A DNA stretch of 48,929 nucleotides from NCBI GenBank assembly GCA_007130145.1, contig SLSY01000086.1, positions 1-48,929 of the forward strand. Direction: 5' to 3'. A model generated the notes under the pieces. That model was not told the DNA's origin. It was given only the letters and a program-made list of their open reading frames with translations, and searched no databases. A program made the translations under genes and the position numbers. Source of the stretch: Bacillota bacterium (lineage in GTDB: Bacteria > Bacillota > Sulfobacillia > UBA8153). Below, one piece after another: positions 36,284-45,019 of this stretch (position 1 is its first letter; every line of letters begins with the position of its first letter).

Positions 36284-38068
36284 TCAATCAGCGTCAGAAG
36301 CTACATCCTTAGCCTTGTCCTCCGCCTTATCCTCCGCCTTATCGGTAAAACGACCGCGTGCTGTATAGTGTGTGTGCAAGAGCTCGTGAGACTTGTGTCC
36401 TAACGGCTTCTCCAGATACTCCTCGTACAGCTCCTTTACGGCTGGATTGTCATGGGACTTGCGTAAGGCTAAGTCCTTATCGGCTTGGTAAATGCCACCG
36501 ATTCTCTGTTGGCGGGTCTCGGTGTTGGTGGGAATGGGTTGTCCGCCACCACCAATGCATCCACCGGGGCAACACATGATCTCGACGAAGTGCCAATCGG
36601 CCTCTCCGCTCTTGATGCGTTCCATGAGCTCGCGGGCATTGCTCAACCCATGGCTCACAGCGACCTTAACCGTTGTGCCGGCCACGTCCACTTCCGCTTC
36701 CTTGATACCCTGGAGACCGCGCACCGGTTCAAAGTCCAGACCCGGCAGTTCATCGCCGGTGAGAACCTCATAGGCCGTGCGCAGGGCAGCCTCCATCACA
36801 CCACCAGTAGCGCCGAAGATCACTGCAGCACCCGTGCTCATGCCCAGCGGTGCATCATAATCTTCCTCTTCCAAGGATCTGAAGTCGATGCCTGCCTCAG
36901 CTATCATACGACCCAGCTCGCGAGTGGTGAGCACATAGTCCACATCCTGGTAGCCACTGGAGTTCATCTCGGGGCGCTGGGCCTCGAACTTCTTGGCAGT
37001 ACAAGGCATGATGGACACAACCACAATGCTGGCCGGGTCAATGCCCGCCTTCTCTGCGTAGAAGGTCTTGGCTAACGCACCGAACATCTGCTGCGGCGAC
37101 TTACACGTGGACAGGTTGGGCAACAACTCCGGATAGAAGTGTTCAATGAACTTGATCCATCCCGGGCTGCAAGACGTGAACATGGGCAAGACTCCGCCAC
37201 TTTGGATCCGGTCGATCAGCTCGTGCCCTTCCTCCATGATGGTCAGGTCTGCCGTGAAATCAGTATCGAACACGCGATCAAATCCCAATGCGCGCAGAGC
37301 GGCTACGAGTTTGCCGGTGCTCACTTCACCCACATCCAGACCGAAGGCTTCTCCAATCGAGACACGAATGGCTGGAGCAGTCTGCACCACCACGTGTTTT
37401 TCTGGATCGGACAGCACAGCCCAAACATCGTCTACGTATTCCTTCTCCGTCAGGGCTCCTACCGGGCACACCAGTGTGCACTGACCGCACATGGTGCACG
37501 CTGCCTCCTGCAGCTTGTCCCCGAAGGCAGGACCCACCGTGGTTTCCATGCCACGTTCGTTCAGGCCAATGGCGGATACACCCTGCACATGTTCGCACAC
37601 AGCAATGCAGCGGCGACACAGGATGCACTTCTCCGGATCTCGCACGATGGACGGGGTAGACGAATCAACCGGTCTCTCTACACGCTCGCCTTCAAAACGA
37701 GACTCTCTAATGCCCATCTCCGCGGTCAGATCCTGCAGTTCGCAGTGCTGATTGCGCACACATGTAAGGCATTCAAACGGGTGATCCGATAAGATCAATT
37801 CCAGATTCAAGCGCCGCGCTTTACGCACCGGGGCACTATTGGTTGAGATCTCCATGCCTTCACCCACTGGAGTTACGCAAGCGGCCTGCAAGGTGCGGGC
37901 ACCCTTGACTTCAACCACGCAAATCCGACACGAACCGACCACATTGACGTCTTCCAGGTAACACAACGTCGGGATCTTGATCCCAGCCTGCTGCGCCGCC
38001 TCCAATATGGTGGTTCCACTTTCGACCTGTACCTTTTTCCTGTCTATGGTCAATGTAACCAAAGCCAC
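36284..38068 (-). CDS. [FeFe]-hydrogenase HydA-like large subunit (bifurcating HydABC / StnC-like) with a variant L1 motif
   Basis: N-terminal plant-type 2Fe-2S and His-ligated/2x[4Fe-4S] domains (CYLEDVNVVGSCRIC, HPFECLTC, CILCRRCIAVC, CTMCGQCTLVCP). H-domain motifs are L1 FTSCSPGW, L2 MPCTAKKFE and L3 EIMCCPGGCIGGGGQP. Confidence 0.92.
   Translation of the reverse strand: MALVTLTIDRKKVQVESGTTILEAAQQAGIKIPTLCYLEDVNVVGSCRICVVEVKGARTLQAACVTPVGEGMEISTNSAPVRKARRLNLELILSDHPFECLTCVRNQHCELQDLTAEMGIRESRFEGERVERPVDSSTPSIVRDPEKCILCRRCIAVCEHVQGVSAIGLNERGMETTVGPAFGDKLQEAACTMCGQCTLVCPVGALTEKEYVDDVWAVLSDPEKHVVVQTAPAIRVSIGEAFGLDVGEVSTGKLVAALRALGFDRVFDTDFTADLTIMEEGHELIDRIQSGGVLPMFTSCSPGWIKFIEHFYPELLPNLSTCKSPQQMFGALAKTFYAEKAGIDPASIVVVSIMPCTAKKFEAQRPEMNSSGYQDVDYVLTTRELGRMIAEAGIDFRSLEEEDYDAPLGMSTGAAVIFGATGGVMEAALRTAYEVLTGDELPGLDFEPVRGLQGIKEAEVDVAGTTVKVAVSHGLSNARELMERIKSGEADWHFVEIMCCPGGCIGGGGQPIPTNTETRQQRIGGIYQADKDLALRKSHDNPAVKELYEEYLEKPLGHKSHELLHTHYTARGRFTDKAEDKAEDKAKDVASDAD
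36313..36345. repeat. Tandem 12-nt repeat (about 2.7 copies) encoding the (K-A-E-D)n tail of the HydA-like protein
   Basis: CCTTGTCCTCCG / CCTTATCCTCCG / CCTTATCGG, read directly from the sequence. The protein tail is DKAEDKAEDKAKD. Confidence 0.7.
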
Positions 38069-38093
38069 AGTCTATCCCTCCCTCCTATCTAAC

Positions 38094-41000
38094 CTACTCA
38101 GGCACGTCACAACGCAGGCAGCGAGCCGCTTCTTTCTTGGCCGCCTCCTCGTCATATCCGGTCTCCACTTCAGTGAAGGAACCCAAACGCTCCTCACAGC
38201 TGACACATATCGCGGGCATCTTCTCCCGCGGCATGACTTGCTCGGACACCTCGGCACGCAACACGCGTTCCACCGGCAGTTCCGGAACCACATCCCCGTG
38301 TCCGCCAAGGTACTTGTCAATGGAGCCGGCGGCCAGCTTACCAGCCTGTACGGCCTTAATCACCGTCGCTGGCCCTGTCACCAAATCGCCTCCGGCAAAT
38401 AGGCCGTCCACTCCGGTAACGCCGGCCTCGGTCGCCAGCACTGTGCCATTTCGCATGGTTTCCAGACCACACTCGGCCATAAGTTCTCCGGTGGGAACCT
38501 GGCCAATGGCGGTAATGACTACATCAGCTGGAATCTCGAACTCGGAGTCTTCCACCGGCAGGCTGCGACGCCGTCCGCTGCTGTCAAAGTCACCTGACCG
38601 CATGGTAATGCACTGTAAGGCCGCTACCTTACCATCCTGCCCCAGTGCCTTGACCGGGTTGACCATGGGCAGGATCTTGATGCCTTCATGAAGAGCTTCC
38701 TCGATTTCCAGACGCTCGGCCGGCATATCCTGCAAGCTGCGACGGTAAACAATGGTCACGCTCTCGGCACCCAAGCGTAGCGAAGAACGAGCGGCATCGA
38801 TAGCTACATTGCCACCGCCGACCACTACGACTCGCTTGCCTTGCACCTCACCCTGGCCGGAGATGTTCAACAGGCGCAAGAAAGCAGCACCGGGCTTAAT
38901 ACCCTCCAAATCCTCACCTTCAATACCCAAACTCTGATCGTTATGGGCACCAATGGCCAGGTAGATAGCATCAAAGCCTTGATCCTTCAAGTCTTGTAGC
39001 GTGAAGTCACGTCCCAAGGCTTGTCTGGTGCGGATCTCAACGCCAGCCTGGGTTATGGCCTGTATCTCTTTGTCCAGAACAGCTCTGGGCAAACGGTACT
39101 CAGGGATGCCCACCGTCAGCATACCACCAGCGACGGGCTGTGCTTCAAACACCGTGATATCATAGCCCTTGCATCCCAGATAGTATCCGGCACTCAAACC
39201 CGCTGGCCCCGCCCCTACAATGGCTACCTTCTTACCGTTATCCGGCAACCTGTCCACTTCGGGCCAGCAATCGTTCTCGATGACATAGTCCGAAGCAAAG
39301 CGCTTCAGGGCGCGGATGGCAACCGGTTCGTCGATCTGTTCACGCCGGCACCGCGCTTCGCAGGGATGGTCACATACCCGGCCACATACCACCACGAAGG
39401 GATTCTGACGGCGCACCGTCTTGTAGGCTTCCACGTACTCACCGGCCCTGACTTGATCGACGTAGATCGGCACGTCCACCTCGGCCGGACAGGTGTTTTG
39501 ACACGGCGAATCAAACAGAGAAGCGCACACAGACGCCGGACACTTGCGATCGCGGATGTGTGCTTCGTATTCGTCGCGGAAGAAATTGATGGTGCTAAGA
39601 ACAGGGTTGGGAGCCGTCTGCCCCAAGCCGCACAGCGCTGTGCTCTTGATTGATTCGCCCAGTTCCTGCAGCATCTCGATGTCCCCGTCTTGGCCTTCGC
39701 CCCGGGTGATGCGCTGGAGGATCTCCAGCATACGCTTGGTGCCGATACGACAAGGCGTACACTTGCCACAAGACTCATCCTGCACGAATTCCAGGAAGAA
39801 CTTGGCCAAGTCCACCATACAAGTATCTTCGTCCATAACGACGAGCCCACCAGAGCCCATGATGGTTCCCAACGACTGTAACGATTCATAGTCAATGGGT
39901 GTATTCAAGTGCTCCACCGGGATACATCCACCGGAAGGACCACCGGTTTGCGCGGCCTTGAACTTGCGATGGTTGGGAATGCCGCCACCGATATCATATA
40001 TGATGTCACCCAACGATGTTCCCATGGATACCTCGACCAGACCATTGTTGTTGATGGCCCCAGCCAGAGCGAACACCTTCGTACCCGGCGACTTCTCCGT
40101 ACCCATGGTAGTGAACCAGTCGGCACCTTCACGCAAGATGGGTGCGATATTGGCAAATGTCTCCACGTTGTTGAGAACCGTTGGCTTGTCCCACAAACCA
40201 GAATTGGCAGGAAACGGTGGTCGCGGACGCGGTTCGCCGCGCCGCCCCATAATGGATGTGAGAAGAGCCGTTTCTTCTCCACACACAAAGGCACCCGCAC
40301 CGAGCCGGATGTCAATGTCGAAGTCAAACCCGCTGCCAAAGATGTTCTTGCCCAAAAGGCCCTTTTCTCTCGCCTTTTCAATGGCCAGATACAGGCGCCT
40401 AACGGCAATGGGATACTCGGCGCGGATATAGATGTAACCTTGGTTGGCCCCAACGGCATAGCCAGCAATGGCCATACCTTCCAGGATGGAATGGGGGTCG
40501 CCCTCAAGGATACTGCGATCCATGAAAGCACCAGGATCACCTTCATCTGCGTTACACACCACGTACTTGGGTGAACCATCAGCTCGAGCGGTGAATTCCC
40601 ACTTCATACCCGTTGGGAATCCGCCTCCGCCCCGGCCTCGCAATCCTGACTTTCTGACCTCGGCCACCACATCTTCGGGCTTCATTTCAAGCAAGACCTT
40701 GCCGAGACCAAGATAGCCATCTTGCGCAATATACTCTTCCAGAGACTCAGGATCAATAAGTCCACAGTTGGCCAGCACGATACGCTCTTGCTTCTTGAAA
40801 AAGTCGATATCCTGAAAATCAGATACCGTCATCTCTGCATCAGGCGGATGATACAATAGCCGCTGGACCACACGTCCTTTTAGGAAGTGCTCAGACACAA
40901 GTTCGGGTACATCCTCCAAATGGACTTCACAGTACATGACGCCCTCAGGATACACCACCATGTTAGGACCAAAGCGACAAAAACCGAAGCATCCGGTTTC

Positions 41001-41156
41001 GACAATGCGAATCTCACGCTCGAGCCCGTTATCCTCGATTTCCTCCTTGAGCGCTTGGCGCAAGGCCGTACTGTTTGAGGCCTCACATCCAGTACCGGCA
41101 CACACCAGCACATGGCTTCGGAACAAATCCACAGAGAACCTCCTCCCTTCTTCCAC
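38094..41156 (-). CDS. Fusion protein: Trx-like [2Fe-2S] + NuoF/HydB-like FMN/NADH module + GltD/NfnB-like FAD/NADPH module
   Basis: aa 1-100: VLVCAGTGC...GCFGFC. aa 125-535: GRGGGGFPTG, ADEGDPGAF, ESCGKCTPCR...LCGLG. aa 538-1020: CPASVC..CQNTCP, VCGRVCDHPCEARC, VAIVGAGPAGLSAG, VVVVGGGNVAIDAARS, TIVYRRS..DMPA. Confidence 0.93.
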   Translation of the reverse strand: MEEGRRFSVDLFRSHVLVCAGTGCEASNSTALRQALKEEIEDNGLEREIRIVETGCFGFCRFGPNMVVYPEGVMYCEVHLEDVPELVSEHFLKGRVVQRLLYHPPDAEMTVSDFQDIDFFKKQERIVLANCGLIDPESLEEYIAQDGYLGLGKVLLEMKPEDVVAEVRKSGLRGRGGGGFPTGMKWEFTARADGSPKYVVCNADEGDPGAFMDRSILEGDPHSILEGMAIAGYAVGANQGYIYIRAEYPIAVRRLYLAIEKAREKGLLGKNIFGSGFDFDIDIRLGAGAFVCGEETALLTSIMGRRGEPRPRPPFPANSGLWDKPTVLNNVETFANIAPILREGADWFTTMGTEKSPGTKVFALAGAINNNGLVEVSMGTSLGDIIYDIGGGIPNHRKFKAAQTGGPSGGCIPVEHLNTPIDYESLQSLGTIMGSGGLVVMDEDTCMVDLAKFFLEFVQDESCGKCTPCRIGTKRMLEILQRITRGEGQDGDIEMLQELGESIKSTALCGLGQTAPNPVLSTINFFRDEYEAHIRDRKCPASVCASLFDSPCQNTCPAEVDVPIYVDQVRAGEYVEAYKTVRRQNPFVVVCGRVCDHPCEARCRREQIDEPVAIRALKRFASDYVIENDCWPEVDRLPDNGKKVAIVGAGPAGLSAGYYLGCKGYDITVFEAQPVAGGMLTVGIPEYRLPRAVLDKEIQAITQAGVEIRTRQALGRDFTLQDLKDQGFDAIYLAIGAHNDQSLGIEGEDLEGIKPGAAFLRLLNISGQGEVQGKRVVVVGGGNVAIDAARSSLRLGAESVTIVYRRSLQDMPAERLEIEEALHEGIKILPMVNPVKALGQDGKVAALQCITMRSGDFDSSGRRRSLPVEDSEFEIPADVVITAIGQVPTGELMAECGLETMRNGTVLATEAGVTGVDGLFAGGDLVTGPATVIKAVQAGKLAAGSIDKYLGGHGDVVPELPVERVLRAEVSEQVMPREKMPAICVSCEERLGSFTEVETGYDEEAAKKEAARCLRCDVPE

Positions 41157-41177
41157 TCTCCAAAACTAATTGCATCT

Positions 41178-41552
41178 TCATTCTTCTCGTGACTCACTTA
41201 CGTTGAGCGCCCATTCGGATATGACATTGCCATTGGCCACGTGTTGTGCCACGATCTGCCGGGCTCGGCTGGGCGAAACTTCTCCATACGTCACCCGGGG
41301 CTGTCCAGGCATGAAGACATCTACCAGGGGCTCACGCGAGCAAATGCCCACGCATCCTGTCTGTGTCACGACGGCCTTGAGGCGGCGCTTGTTCAATTCA
41401 TCCAGGATAGATTCCAGTGCATCACGAGCGCCAGCAGCAATACCACAGGTACCCATACCCACGACGATGCGGGCCTCATCCTGTCCCTGACGGACCCGGA
41501 TATCTTCCTTCACTCTATCCTTGATCTCTCTGAGCTCTTCCAGAGACTTCAC
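41178..41552 (-). CDS. Thioredoxin-like [2Fe-2S] ferredoxin (HydD/HndB-like)
   Basis: 124 aa with VVGMGTCGIAAGA and QTGCVGICSREP (four Cys). GTG start in a TAGTG overlap with the upstream stop, preceded by GGAGGTG. Confidence 0.85.
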   Translation of the reverse strand: MKSLEELREIKDRVKEDIRVRQGQDEARIVVGMGTCGIAAGARDALESILDELNKRRLKAVVTQTGCVGICSREPLVDVFMPGQPRVTYGEVSPSRARQIVAQHVANGNVISEWALNVSESREE

Positions 41553-42103
41553 TAGATTTCACCTCCTCTGAGGTCTTGGATACTGGTCCGGTATGTGTCC
41601 CGTACCCACTTTACCACTTGCGGATGGTTGATGGGTAGATCATCCAACTCCTCACGCATGCGGCGCGTGTCGAACACGCACTCTTGACCATTATAACAGT
41701 GGTGATACACGAGGTCTAGATGGGGATTGGTTGCCACAATGATAGCCAGTGTGCCACCCATATCGCCCAGTGGCGGTCGATCAACGTGCGAATGCTGAAA
41801 GACTGCTACTACCCGTGTTCCGCCCCTTGGTGCCGCCGTTACCTTCAGGTACCCGTCACTTTGCTCACATGCTTGCGCCAGCAAGGGTAAGCCCAATCCT
41901 ACCCGCCGGGTCTTGCGCGTGGTGACAAAGGCATCGGCCACACTCGCACGCATTTGTTCATCCATGCCGGGGCCGTCATCATCCACCATCACGGTCAACC
42001 GATCCTCGGTTGTGTCTTCATCGATGTTGACCCAGATGCAGCGAGCGCCAGCCGCACGGCTGTTCTCATACAGGTCCAACAGGTGAAGAGCCAGTTCCTC
42101 CAA
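41552..42103 (-). CDS. Stand-alone GHKL (HATPase_c) ATPase domain protein, no DHp/HisKA domain
   Basis: N-box-like LDLYENSRAAGA, G1 VDDDGPGMD and G2 RRVGLGLPLL. Only 183 aa. Wedged between the NuoE-like and Trx-like genes. Confidence 0.8.
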   Translation of the reverse strand: MEELALHLLDLYENSRAAGARCIWVNIDEDTTEDRLTVMVDDDGPGMDEQMRASVADAFVTTRKTRRVGLGLPLLAQACEQSDGYLKVTAAPRGGTRVVAVFQHSHVDRPPLGDMGGTLAIIVATNPHLDLVYHHCYNGQECVFDTRRMREELDDLPINHPQVVKWVRDTYRTSIQDLRGGEI

Positions 42104-42104
42104 T

Positions 42105-42602
42105 TCAGTTGCTTTCCGGCTTGCGATAGCGTTCTAGCAGGGCAGACACGCGATCAGCCTTAATCCGCGCATGGGTGTCTTCGTTAACCGTCAGCACAGG
42201 AGCCAAGCCACATGCGCCCAAACAACGAACCACCTCTAGTGAGAACTCCCGGTCATCGGTGGTATCCCCGGGTGAAATGCCCAATTCCCTCTGCAGTCTC
42301 TCCAGCACCTTGGGAGCACCTCGGACATAACAGGCTGTTCCCTGACAACAGTTCACTTGAACGCGTCCCTTGGGTTTCAGTGAGAAGAGTGAATAGAACG
42401 TGACCACACCATAGATCTCGGCCAAGGAGACGTTCAGTCCCTCAGCGATCATCTCCTGAGCTTTTCTGGGCACATAGCCGAGTGACTCCTGGGCTGTGTG
42501 GAGCACCTGAATCAACGCACCTGCGTTACCACGATTTGTCTCGATAGCCTTCTCAAGTGCACCGTAATCCTCTTCCTGGCAAACACAAACCTTTTCCTCC
42601 AA
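42105..42602 (-). CDS. NuoE/HydC-like [2Fe-2S] subunit
   Basis: CCQGTACYVRG...VRCLGACGLAP is the Cx4C...Cx3C NuoE motif, with LIQVLHTAQE near the N-terminus. Confidence 0.9.
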   Translation of the reverse strand: MEEKVCVCQEEDYGALEKAIETNRGNAGALIQVLHTAQESLGYVPRKAQEMIAEGLNVSLAEIYGVVTFYSLFSLKPKGRVQVNCCQGTACYVRGAPKVLERLQRELGISPGDTTDDREFSLEVVRCLGACGLAPVLTVNEDTHARIKADRVSALLERYRKPESN

Positions 42603-42604
42603 CT

Positions 42605-43366
42605 CTAGTTCCTCCCTTCTCTGACGCCTACTAAGGCCAGCCGGTGGCCATCATCACCCCGGCAAGCCTTACGAAATGATTCTAGATCCAGCCGCTGACA
42701 ATACACACCCGTCTTCTGTCGCCCCACCTCGCTTCTGTGATGCGCATCAGACGATGTTACCAAGGCGATCGACTCGCCAATGGCATGCATCCTCCGCAGC
42801 GCATCCGTATTTCTGCCACCGGACACCTCTAGAGCTGTGACCCCGAGGCCTTCCGGCACAAAACCCAGTACTCCTAGCAACCCGAAGCTCTCTCTCTCAA
42901 TGTGGGCCGGTATACTTACCCCCCCTAAGGCCCGGGTCATATCAACCACCTGCTCCAGTGAATAGCCACTGGCTGTGGATAGCATGTTGTCCTCTTCTCC
43001 GACCACCCGGTTCGTGCAGTCGTAAATCAGCTGCTCTCCTAACACACGCGCCATAGATCGCCGGCGGAGAAGAGTATCACCTATTTGCTGCGACATATCT
43101 TTTGCTTGCTCAAGGGACGAGAAGATGCAAAGGACATGGACTTCTTCACTGGTCTCCACCTCAAGGCCCGGCCAAACGATCAAGTCGAAGGGCTCTGCCT
43201 GGCACATCACCGCCTCGCAATTGAGAGCACTGTTATGGTCGGTTATGGCGATGGCATCCAATCCCACTTCCAGGGCTGCCGTCACCACACCGTGAGGATC
43301 CATATCAGCTCCAGCGCAAGGCGAGAGCGCAGTGTGCACATGGAGATCAACCAGGTGCCACTTCAT
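42605..43366 (-). CDS. PHP-domain metal-dependent phosphoesterase
   Basis: VDLHVHTALSPC, AITDHNS and SDAHH. The start at Met13 forms an ATGA overlap with the upstream stop (43363-43366). Confidence 0.85.
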   Translation of the reverse strand: MKWHLVDLHVHTALSPCAGADMDPHGVVTAALEVGLDAIAITDHNSALNCEAVMCQAEPFDLIVWPGLEVETSEEVHVLCIFSSLEQAKDMSQQIGDTLLRRRSMARVLGEQLIYDCTNRVVGEEDNMLSTASGYSLEQVVDMTRALGGVSIPAHIERESFGLLGVLGFVPEGLGVTALEVSGGRNTDALRRMHAIGESIALVTSSDAHHRSEVGRQKTGVYCQRLDLESFRKACRGDDGHRLALVGVREGRN

Positions 43367-43716
43367 TCTTTGTCCTTTAGGCATGCAAACAAGCGACCAC
43401 ACACCTCAAAACTGCGCGACGATGCACTGAACAAGGCCACCTGCTCTCGCCTGGCCGTCTCGAGCGTCTCGGGTTTAACTGGCCGATCTCCCGTGATCAC
43501 TATGCCAGCCATTCCCACCAGAACGGCCACAGCCACGATGTTCTGATGGCTTTGCATCGTAACCCACAAACTGCCTTCTTGAGCATGCGCCATCACGTCC
43601 GAGAGCAGGTCTCCCACATACCCTGCCTTTACCGGGCGCTCGGGATCATATGAGCCCTGAGGACACAATTCGAGTGCTTCCACAACTTCAACCAGCTTCA
43701 CCATCATCATCCTCAC
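43363..43716 (-). CDS. DRTGG-domain protein
   Basis: About 115 aa with GYVGDLLSDVMAHAQEGSLWVT and AGIVITGDRPVKPETLETARREQVALF. The start lies among clustered Met codons at 43704-43716 and overlaps the upstream gene end. Confidence 0.78.
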   Translation of the reverse strand: MRMMMVKLVEVVEALELCPQGSYDPERPVKAGYVGDLLSDVMAHAQEGSLWVTMQSHQNIVAVAVLVGMAGIVITGDRPVKPETLETARREQVALFSASSRSFEVCGRLFACLKDKE

Positions 43717-45019
43717 TCTGTTGAGTATGCGACTTCATCCCCATGGAGCGGGGCAGGTGCCGGGCCAAGTCAACTATTTCTTCAGCCATTCCGTGAACTC
43801 GTTCACGCAGCTTCAGCACACAATCCATCTCATCTGCGTAACCGCGTACAATATCCTCTGCCAAGGCTCGACAGCTGGGAGCGCCACAAGCTCCGCAATC
43901 CAAGCCGGGCAGTTGATCTTCCACCGCTTCCAGCTGGCGGAGTTTGTCAATGGCGCGAGATATATCATCGTCGAGTCTGAGCACGGGGCGCGCTTTTACC
44001 TCGCTCAGGTAGGTGAAGTAGTCACTCTTTAGACGTTGCTCTAACCCGGGGGTCGCCTCCTCGCCATGTGCCCCGCGTTCGGCAGCCAGATTACGCACTC
44101 GTACACGAGCGACAAAGGGATTTTCCACGGCCAAACACCCACCCACGCAACCCGTAACACAAGCCTGGGCCTCTATGAAGTCCAGTCCGGCCAGCTTGTC
44201 TCGCTCCACTTCTTCAAAGACTTTAATGCACTGGTGAATGCCATCCACGGCAAGAGAATCTCGCCCCATGATCGTGGTCTCACCGCCGGAGCGCCCCCAA
44301 CCCATTCCGTAACCCGAAGCCTTAGGAATGAGAGGAGCGCGGGCCGCATGCTCCATTTGCCGCAAACATTCGGCATAAATAGCAGACATGGAGAAGGCTC
44401 CATCAACCGCGCTCTTGTCACGACCCACCGGCTGCTTGATCGCCGTTACCTTGGCCGGACAAGGAGAAACGAAAAAGACTCCATGCTCGGGACCGAGAGT
44501 GTCCTTGGCAATCTTAGCTGCCATCTCCATGGGAGACTCTAGTTTGATCAAATGATCGAGAAGCGCGGGGAAACGCACCTGAATCAGGCGCACCACGGCC
44601 GGACAAGCAGAAGAAATCAAGGGACGGGGTGAGGAATGTTCCTTCAAGTAACGCCGCATCGCCATGGATACGGCATCGGCGGCCAGCGCCACTTCATACA
44701 CTTCGTCAAAACCGATCAACCGTAAAGCACTCAGTACCACTCCTGGATCAGGCGTAGGAAACTGTCCCATGAAAGCCGGCGCCGGTATGATCACTGACTT
44801 GGGATATGCCTTCACGAGGTCCAGCGAATCGGTGACGGCCAGCTTAGCATGGTTAGGGCAGACACGAATGCATTCCCCGCAATCAATGCACCGTTCTTCA
44901 AAGATCCAAGCTCGCCCGTCCCTCACCCGAATCGCTTCGGTAGGGCAGCGCTTAATGCAGTTGGTACACCCTTTACACTTTTCTGCATCTAAGGTGACTG
45001 AATGGTAGTAGTCGGCCAC
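43688..45019 (-). CDS. Sensory-type [FeFe]-hydrogenase homologue (HydS-like) lacking a PAS domain
   Basis: N-terminal 2x[4Fe-4S] (CKGCTNCIKRCP, CIDCGECIRVCP). H-domain variants are SSACP, SPCPAK and EAQACVTGCVGG. C-terminal CGACGAPSC-x16-C. I placed the start at GTG 45019, 6 nt after AGGAGG. The ORF is open to 45106. Confidence 0.85.
   Translation of the reverse strand: MADYYHSVTLDAEKCKGCTNCIKRCPTEAIRVRDGRAWIFEERCIDCGECIRVCPNHAKLAVTDSLDLVKAYPKSVIIPAPAFMGQFPTPDPGVVLSALRLIGFDEVYEVALAADAVSMAMRRYLKEHSSPRPLISSACPAVVRLIQVRFPALLDHLIKLESPMEMAAKIAKDTLGPEHGVFFVSPCPAKVTAIKQPVGRDKSAVDGAFSMSAIYAECLRQMEHAARAPLIPKASGYGMGWGRSGGETTIMGRDSLAVDGIHQCIKVFEEVERDKLAGLDFIEAQACVTGCVGGCLAVENPFVARVRVRNLAAERGAHGEEATPGLEQRLKSDYFTYLSEVKARPVLRLDDDISRAIDKLRQLEAVEDQLPGLDCGACGAPSCRALAEDIVRGYADEMDCVLKLRERVHGMAEEIVDLARHLPRSMGMKSHTQQSEDDDGEAG

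Noticed and set aside
39305-40579. Same-strand alternative-frame ORFs inside the NuoF::GltD gene (39305-39895 and 39905-40579, both minus strand)
   Set aside because: They are out of frame with a continuous, motif-rich 1020-aa reading frame. Their Trp/Arg/Ser/Cys-rich sequences have no domain signatures. There is no evidence of frameshifting, because the main frame is uninterrupted.
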